NCBI GenBank assembly: GCA_950097015.1
Contig: CATNEN010000005.1
Location: 4,154,001 to 4,218,000 of the forward strand
Length of the DNA stretch: 64,000 bases
Direction: 5' to 3'
Source: Macrostomum hystrix
Taxonomy: Eukaryota; Animalia; Platyhelminthes
This document shows, one piece after another, positions 1 through 12,398 of this stretch (position 1 is the stretch's first letter; the number at the start of each line of letters is the position of its first letter). The notes beneath the pieces are model-generated. The model was not told the origin of the DNA. It did no database searches and was given only the letters and a program-made list of their open reading frames with translations. The position numbers and the translations under genes are program-made.

Positions 1-270
1 TCACAATGGTCACTCTCTCACAATGATCACTCTCTCACAATGATCACTCTCTCACAATGGTCACGCTCTCACAATGATCACTCTCTCACAATGGTCACTC
101 TCTCACAATGGTCACTCTCTCACAATGATCACTCTCTCACAATGGTCACTCTCTCACAATGATCACTCTCTCACAATGATCACTCTTTCACAATGGTCAC
201 TCTCTCACAATGGTCACGCTCTCACAATGATCACTCTCTCACAATGATCACTCTCTCACAATGGTCACTC
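1..270. repeat. 17-bp minisatellite (TCACAATGRTCACTCTC)n, runs off window start
   Basis: Direct reading of a tandem unit with period 17. Confidence 0.95.
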
Positions 271-317
271 CCAGACAAAAGCACGCTAGGCCCCAATGGG
301 ACTTCGTAACCCCCAAC

Positions 318-3300
318 CTTCTGGATGAGGGTGTTCTGAATCAGCTGGTTCGCCAGCTCGTCAGTGAATCGGCCAGCCTGAAGCAGCTCCTGGCGAAGGA
401 GGGCATTCTCCCGCTCGGCGGATTGCAGACGTTGCTCACAGCCGATGCGTTCGAGACGGTCAAGACGCGTGCGAGCTGTTGAACTGCCCGACGATGCCAC
501 CTTGAATGATGTAAAATAGTGATCTCATTTAAATCCCATCCAAAGATCCCATTTGAATCGCATCCAAAGATCCCATTTGAATCCCATCCAAAGATCCCAT
601 TTGAATCCCATCCAAAGATCCCATTTGAATCCCATCCAAAGATACCATTTGAATCCCATCCAAAGATCCCATTTGAATCCCATCCAAAGATCCCATTTGA
701 GTCCCATACAAAGATCCCCTTTGAATCCCATCCAAAGAACCCATTTGAATCCCATCCAAAGATCCCATTTGAATCCCATCCAAAGATCCCATTTGAATCC
801 CATCCAAAGATCCCATTTGAATCCCATCCAAAGATCCCATTTGAATCTCATCCAAAGATCCCCACACTGAATCCCATCCAAAGATCCCATTTGAATCCCA
901 TCCAAAGATCCCATTTGAATCCTATCCGAAGATCCCGTTTGAATCCTATCCAACGAGCCAAAGTTCCTTAGACGGAATTCGTTTCATTTTCTACCCTGCC
1001 TGAAGTAACAACTCTGGTGTTGAAAATTGTACGCCGGAAAATTAGTTCGAATTTCTTAGCCAAAATTTTTATTACGCAGCAAAGTTTGCTAATAAAATTT
1101 CCTGTCAAGGGTGTACGGCGCTCCGTGTTTGTAAAATGTTAATTAGCATTCTGGTTAGGATTCTACGATAGTTTTTTTAGCACCCTCCGCGGGGTCACAT
1201 TTTAATTGGCTTATAAATGAAAAAGTGCAAAGTTTTGAACAACTTACCAAGCAAAATACAGTGTTCAACACTGAAAATAAACTAGAAATATACTATCGGA
1301 TTATTAGATTTCATCTCAAAATATCCCACAGTTATTCTTAGGTTTTATCCCTAAAATCCCGGAAATGCCACAGTTATTCTTAGGTTTATCCCAAAAATCC
1401 CGGAAATGCCACAGTTATTCTTAGGTTTATCCCTAAAATCCCGGAAATGCCACAGTTATTCTTAGGTTTATCCCTAATATCCCGGAAATACTACAGTTAT
1501 TCTGTGTTTTATCCCTAATATCCCGAAAATACCACAGTTATTCTTAGCTTTTATCCCTAAAATCCCGGAAATACCACAGTTATTCTTAGGTTTTAACCCT
1601 AAAATCCCGGAAATACCACAGTTATTCTTAGGTTTTAACCCTAAAATCCCGGAAATACTACAGTTATTCTGTGTTTTATCCCTAATATCCCGAAAATACC
1701 ACAGTTATTCTTAGCTTTTATCCCTAAAATCCCGGAAATACCACAGTTATTCTTAGGTTTTAACCCTAAAATCCCGGAAATACCACAGTTATTCTTAGGT
1801 TTTAACCCTAAAATCCCGGAAATACCACAGTTATTCTTAGGTTTTATCCCTAAAATCCCGGAAATACCACCGTTATTCTTAGGTTTATCCCTAAAATCCC
1901 GGAAATGCCACAGTTATTCTTAGGTTTATCCCTAATATCCCGGAAATACCACAGTTATTCTTAGCTTTTATCCCTAAAATCCCGGAAATACCATAGTTAT
2001 TCTTAGGTTTTAACCCTAAAATCCCGGAAATACCACAGTTATTCTTAGGTTTTATCCCTAAAATCCCGGAAATACCATAGTTATTCTTAGGTTTTATCCC
2101 TAAAATCCCGGAAATGCCACCGTTATTCTTAGGTTTATCCCTAAAATCCCGGAAATGCCACAGTTATTCTTAGGTTTATCCCTAATATCCCGAAAATACC
2201 ACAGTTATTCTTAGCTTTTATCCCTAAAATCCCGGAAATACCACAGTTATTCTTAGGTTTTAACCCTAAAATCCCGGAAATACCACAGTTATTCTTAGGT
2301 TTTAACCCTATAATCCCGGAAATACCACAGTTATTCTTAGGTTTTATCCCTAAAATCCCGGAAATACCATAGTTATTCTTAGGTTTTATCCCTAAAATCC
2401 CGGAAATGCCACCGTTATTCTTAGGTTTATCCCTAAAATCCCGGAAATGCCACAGTTATTCTTAGGTTTTAACCCTAAAATCCCGGAAATACCACAGTTA
2501 TTCTTAGGTTTTAACCCTAAAATCCCGGAAATACCACAGTTATTCTTAGGTTTTAACCCTAAAATCCCGGAAATGCCACCGTTATTCTTAGGTTTATCCC
2601 TAAAATCCCGGAAATGCCACAGTTATTCTTAGGTTTATCCCTAATATCCCGAAAATACCACAGTTATTCTTAGCTTTTATCCCTAAAATCCCGGAAATAC
2701 CATAGTTATTCTTAGGTTTTATCCCTAAAATCCCGGAAATACCACAGTTATTCTTAGGTTTTAACCCTAAAATCCCGGAAATACCACAGTTATTCTTAGG
2801 TTTTATCCCTAAAATCCCGGAAATGCCACCGTTATTCTTAGGTTTATCCCTAAAATCCCGGAAATGCCACAGTTATTCTTAGGTTTATCCCAAAATCATC
2901 CGACAGTTCTTCTGGGTTTTATCCCAAAAATATCTCACGTAATTTTTAATTACCCCATTATTTTGCCGTATTTTATCCCTAGAATGACTTATGTATCCAC
3001 AGATCTTATGCTCTTCTATCCAAATCTAGCCAATACCTCCTGCGCATTACATTTCCCAATTTACAATGCCAAGTACATTTGGCATTCATACCCGATAATA
3101 AAAAGATAAAAAATCAATCAAAGCCCTTTAGAATTGCCGCAAAGAATAGCCTATCTACTAGAAGAGAGAGTTATTCTTACCGCCAATTCGCCTCTGAGTT
3201 GCTGGCACTCGATCTCAACCCGCTCCAGGCGATTCACGGCCTCTTCAATGCGACCGCCAAGTCTGCAACATCATTGGTTGGTTACTTAGCTCAGCTAAGA

Positions 3301-5351
3301 ATAGAATTATCGTTGTCTAATTTCCCGCCTGGCCACTAGCCTACTGATAATACAGATAATTAATTTAATTATTTGCCTGCCAATAGCCCCGGGCTGTGGT
3401 GAGCTGCCATGCTTACTGAGCTATGTGCGAGCTATGCATGATGTGTGCTTCATAACTTCACGAGTCTCTTCAAATCCTTCAGACGGCTGTCCTCTGATCC
3501 TTCACATCCTTCAGACGGCTGTCCTCTGATCCTTCAGATGGCTATGCTCAGATCCTTCAGATGTCTGTCCACTGATCCTTCAAATCCTTCAGACGGCTGT
3601 CCTCTGATCCTTCAAATCCTTCAGACGGCTGTCCTCTGATCCTTCACATCCTTCAGACGGCTGTCCTCTGATCCTTCAGATGGCTATGCTCAGATCCTTC
3701 AGATGTCTGTCCACTGATCCTTCAAATCCTTCAGACGGCTGTCCTCTGATCCTTCAAATCCTTCAGACGGCTGTCCTCTGATCCTTCAAATCCTTCAGAC
3801 GGCTGTCCTCTGATCCTTCAAATCCTTCAGACGGCTGTCCTCTGATCCTTCAAATCCTTCAGACGGCTGTCCTCTGATCCTTCAGATGGCTGTCCTCTGA
3901 TCCTTCAAATCCTTCAGACGGCTGTCCTCTGATCCTTCAGACGGCTGTCCTCTGATCCTTCAAATCCTTCAGACGGCTGTCCTCTGATCCTTCAAATCCT
4001 TCAGACGGCTGTCCTCTGATCCTTCAGACGGCTGTCCTCTGATCCTTCAGACGGCTGTCCTCTGATCCTTCAGACGGCTGTCCTCTGATCCTTCAAATCC
4101 TTCAGACGGCTGTCCTCTGATCCTTCAGATGGCTGTCCTCTGATCCTTCACATCCTTCAGACGGCTGTCCTCTGATCCTTCAAATCCTTCAGACGGCTGT
4201 CCTCTGATCCTTCAGATGGCTGTCCTCTGATCCTTCACATCCTTCAGACGGCTGTCCTCTGATCCTTCAGACGGCTGTCCTCTGATCCTTCAAATCCTTC
4301 AGACGGCTGTCCTCTGATCCTTCAGACGGCTGTCCTCTGATCCTTCAAATCCTTCAGACGGCTGTCCTCTGATCCTTCAGACGGCTGTCCTCTGATCCTT
4401 CAGACGGCTGTCCTCTGATCCTTCACATCCTTCAGATGGCTGTTCTCTGATCCTTCACATCCTTCAGACGGCTGTCCTCTGATCCTTCACATCCTTCAGA
4501 CGGCTCTCCTCTGATCCTTCACATCCTTCAGATGGCTGTTCTCTGATCCTTCACATCCTTCAGATGGCTGTTCTCTGATCCTTCACATCCTTCAGATGGC
4601 TGTCCTCTGATCCTTCAAATCCTTCAGACGGCTGTCCTCTGATCCTTCAGACGGCTGTCCTCTGATCCTTCAGACGGCTGTCCTCTGATCCTTCAGATGA
4701 GGAGACAGGAGACAGGAGAGAGGAGAGAGGAGAGAGGAGAGAGGAGACAGGAGAGAGGAGAGAGGAGAGAGGAGAGAGGAGAGAGGAGACAGGAGAAAGG
4801 GAAGAGGAGAGAGAGGGAGAGAGGGAGAGAGAGAGCGGGAGAGAGGAGAGAGGACACTGCCCATTGAATTTCAAAAATCTAATGTTGGAATCGATTCCGA
4901 TATGTATCGAAAAAATTGAAATCAGGATTCGAACCAAGGCAACTGCAGACGCGTTTCGCTCTTATTGGAGCTCATCAGTAGAGTCTAGCCTAGCGCTCTA
5001 GCCATTAGGCTATAGGCGCTTGTTCAAATCCAGCCTTCAATCTCAACATATCGTAATCGATTCGGCAGCGCCCCGCAACTCAATCCATACTCACTCAACT
5101 CCGTGGTACTGACTCGGTCCTCTCGGAGAGAGGAGAGAGGAGATAGGAGAGAGGAGAGAGGACAGAGGAGAGAGGAAAACTGAGAGTGGATCAGTATTAA
5201 GATGAGTCTGATAATATATTTATACTTAATAAATCTGATAAAAATTTCCAAACTGATGTACATACGCTGCAGTCGAATATTTGTTGACTCACATTCTGTT
5301 CGATTCTTGAGATTCGCTTAGTTGCTGCTGCTGCTGATGTAACTGCTGTAA

Positions 5352-5393
<42 letters not shown>

Positions 5394-6845
5394 TAGCTGT
5401 TGCTGTTGCTGTGGCTGTGATGTGCCTACTCCATCTTGTTGATTTAGACCTCGTCTTGATGCTGTTGCATCATTCGCTGGTGAGTTAGAGTTTGCCTGCT
5501 GCTGCTGCTGCTGCTGATTGTGAGACTTCTTTCTCTATTGTGATTTTGAATTGTTTGGTATTGTGTATTTATTTTTTACCGAATGGATTAAAAGCAATAG
5601 AATAGATTTATTATAGCCATCTGAAGGATAGCCATCTGAATGGATAGCCATCTGAATAGATAGCCATCTGAATGGATAGCCATCTGAATAGATAGCCATC
5701 TGAATGGATAGCCATCTGAATGGATAGCCATCTGAATGGATAGCCATCTGAAGGATAGCCATCTGAAGGATAGCCATCTGAAGGATAGCCATCTGAAGGA
5801 TAGCCATCTGAAGGATAGCCATCTGAAGGATAGCCATCTGAAGGATAGCCATCTGAAGGATAGCCATCTGAATGGATAGCCATCTGAATGGATAGCCATC
5901 TGAATAGATAGCCATCTGAAGGATAGCCATCTGAAGGATAGCCATCTGAATAGATAGCCATCTGAAGGATAGCCATCTGAAGGATAGCCATCTGAAGGAT
6001 AGCCATCTGAAAGATAGCCATCTGAAGGATAGCCATCTGAAGGATAGCCATCTGAAGGATAGCCATCTGAAGGATAGCCATCTGAAGGATAGCCATCTGA
6101 AGGATAGCCATCTGAAGGATAGCCATCTGAAGGGTAGCCATCTGAAGGGTAGCCATCTGATGGCCATCTGATAGCCATCTGAAGGATCAAAGGACAGCCA
6201 TCTGAAGGATCAGAGGACAGCCGTCTGAAGAATCAGAGGACAGCCATCTGAAGGATAGCCATCTGAAGGATAGCCATCTGAAGGATAGCCATCTGAATAG
6301 ATAGCCATCTGAAGGATAGCCATCTGAATAGATAGCCATCTGAAGGATAGCCATCTGAAGGATAGCCATCTGAAGGATAGCCGTCTGAATAGATAGCCAT
6401 CTGAAGGATAGCCGTCTGAAGGATAGCCGTCTGAAGGATAGCCATCTGAAGGATAGCCATCTGAAGGATAGCCATCTGAAGGATAGCCATCTGAAGGATA
6501 GCCATCTGAATAGATAGCCATCTGAAGGATAGCCGTCTGAAGGATAGCCGTCTGAAGGATAGCCATCTGAAGGGTAGCCATCTGAAGGATAGCCATCTGA
6601 AGGATCAGAGGACAGCCGTCTGAAGAATCAGAGGACAGCCGTCTGAAGAATCAGAGGACAGCCATCTGAAGGATCAGAGGACAGCCATCTGAAGAATCAG
6701 AGGACAGCCGTCTGAAGAATCAGAGGACAGCCATCTGAAGGATCAGAGGACAGCCATCTGAAGAATCAGAGGACAGCCGTCTGATGGATCATGAACGGAT
6801 CATGAATCGCACGAAAAATGAACTCACCTGAAATTTTGTAAACAT
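318..6845 (-). CDS. Partial multi-exon coiled-coil protein, possibly EVI5/EVI5L-related; 3' end lies beyond window start
   Basis: Phase-compatible exons with AG/GT: 5534-5293 (RKKSHNQQQ...ESNR, ends phase 2, donor gtgagt), 3262-3181 (LGGRIEEAVNRLERVEIECQQLRGELA, donor gtaaga), 500-318 (VASSG...ERENALLRQELLQAGRFTDELANQLIQ). Tentative first exon 6845-6828 (MFTKFQ|gtgagt) and tentative 27-nt exon ~5121-5095. ENALLRQ-x11-LANQLIQ has the same spacing as my recollection of the EVI5L segment ENRLLKQ-x11-LADRLIQ. The exon structure is more secure than the family call. Confidence 0.6.
530..955. repeat. 24-bp minisatellite (TTTGAATCCCATCCAAAGATCCCA)n, intronic
   Basis: Tandem period 24; explains the FESHPKIP-type ORFs. 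Confidence 0.95.
1325..2895. repeat. 41/42-bp minisatellite (CCCGGAAATACCACAGTTATTCTTAGGTTTTAWCCCTAAAAT)n, intronic
   Basis: Tandem units of 41-42 bp with recurring variant units. Confidence 0.95.
3470..4697 (+). repeat. Composite minisatellite: 23-bp CCTTCAGACGGCTGTCCTCTGAT plus 9-bp CCTTCAMAT inserts
   Basis: Direct reading. Confidence 0.95.
4698..4855. repeat. AG-rich low-complexity tract (GAGAGGA)n
   Basis: Polypurine tract; a similar tract is at 5125-5175. Confidence 0.9.
4910..5019 (-). ncRNA. tRNA-derived Pol III-type unit containing a minimal type I hammerhead ribozyme
   Basis: Minus strand reads GCGCCTA-TAGCCTAATGG (A box, 5012-5002)-CTAGAGCG...-CTGATGA-GCTC-CAATAA-GAGC-GAAAC-GC-GTC-TGCAG...-GGTTCGAATCC (B box, 4935-4925)-9 nt-TTTTTT (4915-4910). 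All conserved hammerhead core positions are present. Confidence 0.75.
5615..6785 (-). repeat. 15-bp (GATAGCCATCTGAAG)n grading into 23-bp (GATCAGAGGACAGCCRTCTGAAG)n, the reverse complement of the 3470-4697 unit
   Basis: Direct reading; the 23-mer equals the reverse complement of the upstream array unit. Confidence 0.95.
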
Positions 6846-7714
6846 TTCGAGCAGCAGTCTTGTTGTACGGCTCGAATTATGGAACACTCAATCAGGTTTG
6901 TAGCCCTTAGCCTCATATTAAGGACCAAATAGGCATTGGTTATTCTCCAGTCGCCAATATTTCATTCTAATTGCAGCTTGTTCTGTTTACGAGTTGACTG
7001 CTTATTTTCGAACTAAGTAGAACTTCATGACAATAAAATAGTCTGTATGTATGCTGCTGTTGTGTATTAGACAGGCTGTGCTTGAATGCAGCGTATAGAG
7101 AAACGAGTGGGATATTTTGTATTCAGGAGGGGATGCGTTGACTTACGCTGTTAATGTACTCTCAATCTTGGGCGAGATACAGACTGGGTGTGTGTGTGTT
7201 TGAGTGTGCGTTCCACTTACCCTAGTAGAGGGCTAGGAGATTGTATGTCGTCTAGAATGTACACCAATGTGTTGGGTTGGTCTATCTTAGGGAGGTTTTT
7301 AAAGGCTGCGACTGTACGTTTAGTTTAAAAAACACTATGTGCACATTTCTAAACCGGGGGGTAGAGAGAGTGACGGAGAGAGAGAGAGAGGATTGGCTGC
7401 TAGATCCTTATAGGGTTGCTGTTCTTAGGGATTCTATAAGTGGGACAATTTTTTGCTGGCAGAGGGGTGACGTCATTTCTAGGGCGGTTCGTGTGCCAAA
7501 TCCCATTGCTCTTTGCCTTAGGGAGAAGTGATCTATAGAGAGACAGAAGATAGAGGAAATCTGGTATGCTTGTTGTTCCCCTAGGAGACGGGACTGTCTG
7601 TACTTGCAAAATGGGTATGCCCGCTGAAGGCTAAGTGGATATAGATGCACCAGCAGTGCAAGTCGTACGCGAATGAACGAGTAAATACCGGAGCACATTC
7701 GGGTATTTTATTTA

Positions 7715-8140
7715 CTGTGAGACTGTGAGACTGTGACTGTGAGACTGAGACTGTGAGACTGTGAGACTGTGAGACTGTGAGACTGAGACTGTGAGACTGT
7801 GAGACTGTGAGACTGTGAGACTGTGAGACTGTGAGACTGAGACTGTGAGACTGAGACTGTGAGACTGTGAGACTGTGAGACTGAGACTGTGAGACTGAGA
7901 CTGTGAGACTGTGAGACTGTGAGACTGAGACTGTGAGACTGAGACTGTGAGACTGTGAGACTGAGACTGTGATATGGGAGAGACAGTGAGATGGGAGAGA
8001 CAGTGAGATGGGAGAGAAAGAGAGATAGTGAGACAGTGAGATGGGAGAGAAAGAGAGATAGTGAGACAGTGAGATGGGAGAGAAAGAGAGATAGTGAGAC
8101 AGTGAGATGGGAGAGAAAGACAGATAGTGAGACAGTGAGT
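7715..8140. repeat. (CTGTGAGA/GAGACT)n short-unit array followed by GA-rich composite units
   Basis: Direct reading. Confidence 0.9.
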
Positions 8141-8689
8141 GGGATAAAAGAAATGCACAAGAAGTAGTAGTGCAAATATTTCAATGCGCAGATATTTTGG
8201 CGGCATAACGAAAAGCATGGTATGGCTGCTGATGCCAGTATTGGTGAATGCGGCAGTGATCTGTGATGTTTGTTTATCCAATCCTGCACGCGTTTGTCGT
8301 GCAAACGGGATTTGCATGTTCGCTTTGCAGATGGGATTTTTTTGGTGTGCTGGAATCCCTAATCGCTCATCAAAAGAGTAATTAGTTTGCCCTAAGTCTG
8401 TCAAGATGAATCTCTATTTTAAAAGCCGTTATTTAGCAAATTAGTAGGAAAATGAAGTTGCATAAATGACTGGCATAGCTTATCGATGATTGGCATTGCA
8501 TATTTCCTACTACTTGCTGTTTTTAATACAATTATTCCTTAACCTTCTACTTGTAAGTAGCAAGTAGAGTACAATGTTTGTTTAATGAACGAATGACTCT
8601 AAAAAGACTTAGCTACTTTTTAATAAACTTTTTCGAGCAAAGTATTATCTACTTTAGAAAATTTCTGGCTTCGGGAGATACTAGTTTCG

Positions 8690-9100
8690 GAAGATTCTTG
8701 TTTAGGAAGATTCTTGTTTTGTAAGATTCTTGTTTTGGAAGATTCTTGTTTCGGAAGATTCTTGTTTTGGACGATTCTTGTTTCGGAAGATTCTTGTTTT
8801 GGACGATTCTTGTTTCGGAAGATTCTCAATTCGTAAGATTCTTGCTTCGGAAGATTCTTGCTTCGGAAGATTCTTGTTTTGGAAGATTCTTGTTTTGGAA
8901 GATTCTGGTTACGGAAGATTATTGTTTCGGAAGATTCTTGTTTCGAAAGATTCTTGTTTCGGAAGATTCTGTTTTTTTAGCTGTTGTTTCAGAAGATTCC
9001 TTTTGCAGAAGATTATGGTTTCGTAAGATTCTATGTTTGGGGTTTTCTCGCTTTGGAAGTTTCTTGTTTCGGTATTTTTTGTTTCGGAAGATTCTGATTT
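8690..9100 (+). repeat. Diverged 16-bp minisatellite (GGAAGATTCTTGTTTC)n
   Basis: Period 16; related to the reverse complement of the 32525-33950 array. Confidence 0.9.
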
Positions 9101-9589
9101 CGTATGTTTCTAGCTTGGTGTGTTTGTTGAACATTGGATACAATCGATCACAGACTAACAAAGTTTTCAATCTAGTAATTTGACACCTAATACACGAGCC
9201 CCGGCTTATTAAAGTACCGATAAGTGCCTTTACTGCTCATAAAAACGAGCCAGGAAACGATTAGTTTTTTCGATGAAAGCCATTAAGAGATTAGCAATCA
9301 TTTGAGTCTTGAAATCTGTTTGCTAATCTGTCTTAAATAATGTATTCTGTACATTGAGAATCGATAAAGGTAAAAAGGCAGAGGTGAGAAATAGTCTATA
9401 AGTCTTTTGACATCTGAGAGCAAATCAATGGTGGGATTATTTCTATGTTCGGGATCACAAAATATAATGCCCAGTTAAGTGGTTTCCTAGCTGTCTTATT
9501 TTGTTTTGCGGTATCGATGAGTTACTATACGCGCATCGTGAGCAGTTCAGGAATATTTATGTAACACTGACTTTTCAATCAATATCAAA

Positions 9590-11985
9590 GAGAGAGTGGG
9601 ATAGTGAGAGTGTGACAGTGAGAGAGTGTGGCAGTGAGAGAGTGTCGCAGTGAGAGAGTGTGGCAGTGAGAGAGTGTGGCAGTGAGAGAGTGTGGCAGTG
9701 AGAGAGTGTGGCAGTGAGAGAGTGTGGCAGTGATGGGAGTGTGGCAGTGATGGGAGTGTGACAGTGAGAGAGTGTGGCAGTGAGAGAGTGAGACAGTGAG
9801 AGAGTGTGGCAGTGAGAGAGTGTGGCAGTGAGAGAGTGAGACAGTGAGAGAGTGTGGCAGTGAGAGAGTGAGACAGTGAGAGAGTGTGGCAGTGATGGGA
9901 GTGTGGCAGTGATGGGAGTGTGACAGTGAGAGAGTGTGGCAGTGAGAGAGTGAGACAGTGAGAGAGTGTGGCAGTGAGAGAGCGTGGCGGTGTGGCAGTG
10001 AGAGAGTGTGGCAGTGTGGCAGTGAGAGAGTGTGGCAGTGAGAGAGTGAGACAGTGAGAGAGTGTGGCAGTGAGAGAGTGAGACAGTGAGAGAGTGTGGC
10101 AGTGATGGGAGTGTGGCAGTGATGAGATTGTGGCAGTGTGGCAGTGAGAGAGTGTGGCAGTGTGGCAGTGAGAGAGTGTGGCAGTGTGGCAGTGAGAGAG
10201 TGTGCCAGTGAGAGAGTGTGGCAGTGAGAGAGTGTGGCAGTGAGAGATTGTGGCAGTGTGGCAGTGAGAGAGTGTGGCAGTGAGAGAGTGTGGCAGTGAG
10301 AGAGTGTGGCGGTGTGGCAGTGAGAGAGTGTGGCAGTGTGGCAGTGAGAGAGTGTGGCAGTGAGAGATTGTGGCAGTGAGAGAGTGGCAGTGAGAGAGTG
10401 GCACTGAGAGAGTGTGGCAGTGATGGGAGTGTGGCAGTGATGGGAATGTGACAGTGAGAGAGTGTGGCAGTGAGAGAGTGAGACAGTGAGAGAGTGTGGC
10501 AGTGAGAGAGTGTGGCAGTGAGAGAGTGAGACAGTGAGAGAGTGTGGCAGTGAGAGAGTGTGGCAGTGAGAGAGTGAGACAGTGAGAGAGTGTGGCAGTG
10601 AGAGAGTGAGACAGTGAGAGAGTGTGGCAGTGATGGGAGTGTGGCAGTGATGGGAGTGTGACAGTGAGAGAGTGTGGCAGTGAGAGAGTGAGACAGTGAG
10701 AGAGTGTGGCAGTGAGAGAGTGTGGCGGTGTGGCAGTGAGAGAGTGTGGCAGTGTGGCAGTGAGAGAGTGTGGCAGTGAGAGAGTGAGACAGTGAGAGAG
10801 TGTGGCAGTGAGAGAGTGAGACAGTGAGAGAGTGTGGCAGTGATGGGAGTGTGGCAGTGATGAGATTGTGGCAGTGTGGCAGTGAGAGAGTGTGGCAGTG
10901 TGGCAGTGAGAGAGTGTGGCAGTGTGGCAGTGAGAGAGTGTGCCAGTGAGAGAGTGTGGCAGTGAGAGAGTGTGGCAGTGAGAGATTGTGGCAGTGTGGC
11001 AGTGAGAGAGTGTGGCAGTGAGAGAGTGTGGCAGTGAGAGAGTGTGGCGGTGTGGCAGTGAGAGAGTGTGGCAGTGTGGCAGTGAGAGAGTGTGGCAGTG
11101 AGAGATTGTGGCAGTGAGAGAGTGGCAGTGAGAGAGTGGCAGTGAGAGAGTGTGGCAGTGATGGGAGTGTGGCAGTGATGGGAGTGTGACAGTGAGAGAG
11201 TGTGGCAGTGAGAGAGTGAGACAGTGAGAGAGTGTGGCAGTGAGAGAGTGTGGCGGTGTGGCAGTGAGAGAGTGTGGCAGTGTGGCAGTGAGAGAGTGTG
11301 GCAGTGAGAGAGTGAGACAGTGAGAGAGTGTGGCAGTGAGAGAGTGAGACAGTGAGAGAGTGTGGCAGTGATGGGAGTGTGGCAGTGATGAGATTGTGGC
11401 AGTGTGGCAGTGAGAGAGTGTGGCAGTGTGGCAGTGAGAGAGTGTGGCAGTGTGGCAGTGAGAGAGTGTGCCAGTGAGAGAGTGTGGCAGTGAGAGAGTG
11501 TGGCAGTGAGAGATTGTGGCAGTGTGGCAGTGAGAGAGTGTGGCAGTGAGAGAGTGTGGCAGTGAGAGAGTGTGGCGGTGTGGCAGTGAGAGAGTGTGGC
11601 AGTGTGGCAGTGAGAGAGTGTGGCAGTGAGAGATTGTGGCAGTGAGAGAGTGGCAGTGAGAGAGTGGCAGTGAGAGAGTGTGGCAGTGATGGGAGTGTGG
11701 CAGTGATGAGAGTGTGGCAGTGAGAGAGTGTGGCAGTGAGAGAGTGTGGCAGTGAGAGATTGTGGCAGTGTGGCAGTGAGAGAGTGTGGCAGTGAGAGAG
11801 TGTGGCAGTGAGAGAGTGTGGCAGTGAGAGAGTGTGGCAGTGAGAGAGTGTGGCAGTGAGAGAGAGTGGCAGTGAGAGAGTGGCAGTGAGAGAGTGGCAG
11901 TGAGAGAGTGGCAGTGACAGAGTGGCAGTGGGAGAGTGGCAGTGGGAGAGAGTGGCAGTGACAGAGTGGCAGGGAGAGTGAGAGT
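9590..11985. repeat. Composite GTGGCAGTGAGAGAGT satellite with higher-order blocks
   Basis: 16-bp base unit with 8-bp and GATGGGA variants; the marker GTGCCA recurs at ~10203, ~10941 and ~11470. Confidence 0.95.
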
Positions 11986-12398
11986 TAGACAGAAGGTATA
12001 TTTAAGAAGTTTTTGTGTGTAAGTAATTGATATCTCTAAAGCTGCAAATTTATAAGCGAGTTTTCAATCTATACAGCAAAACAAGACAAACACAGTATTT
12101 TCGAAATTTATTTGATTACGAATTGTTACAGATCATGACAATATGACCGAAATATGAGTACAATTAAATTTGTTTTCTAGCTTATTGTCGCAGGCATAAA
12201 ATAGTAGTTGTTAGTAAAGTTGGTGTATATTAGACAGAAACAGGTATTTGCGCTTGATAAACTGTAGGTTTGAAGAAAATCGGGACTTTTTGTACAAGCA
12301 TTGTTTTTTTGTTTAAAACGGCAACTTTGATTTAAAACTTCGATTCTCATATTTTTTTAAATATAAAGAATCTAAAACTTTAGCAGTGTTTCAGAAAT

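Noticed and set aside
7468-7475. Perfect CRE palindrome TGACGTCA upstream of the coiled-coil gene
   Set aside because: A single 8-mer is expected by chance in 64 kb, and the TSS is unknown.
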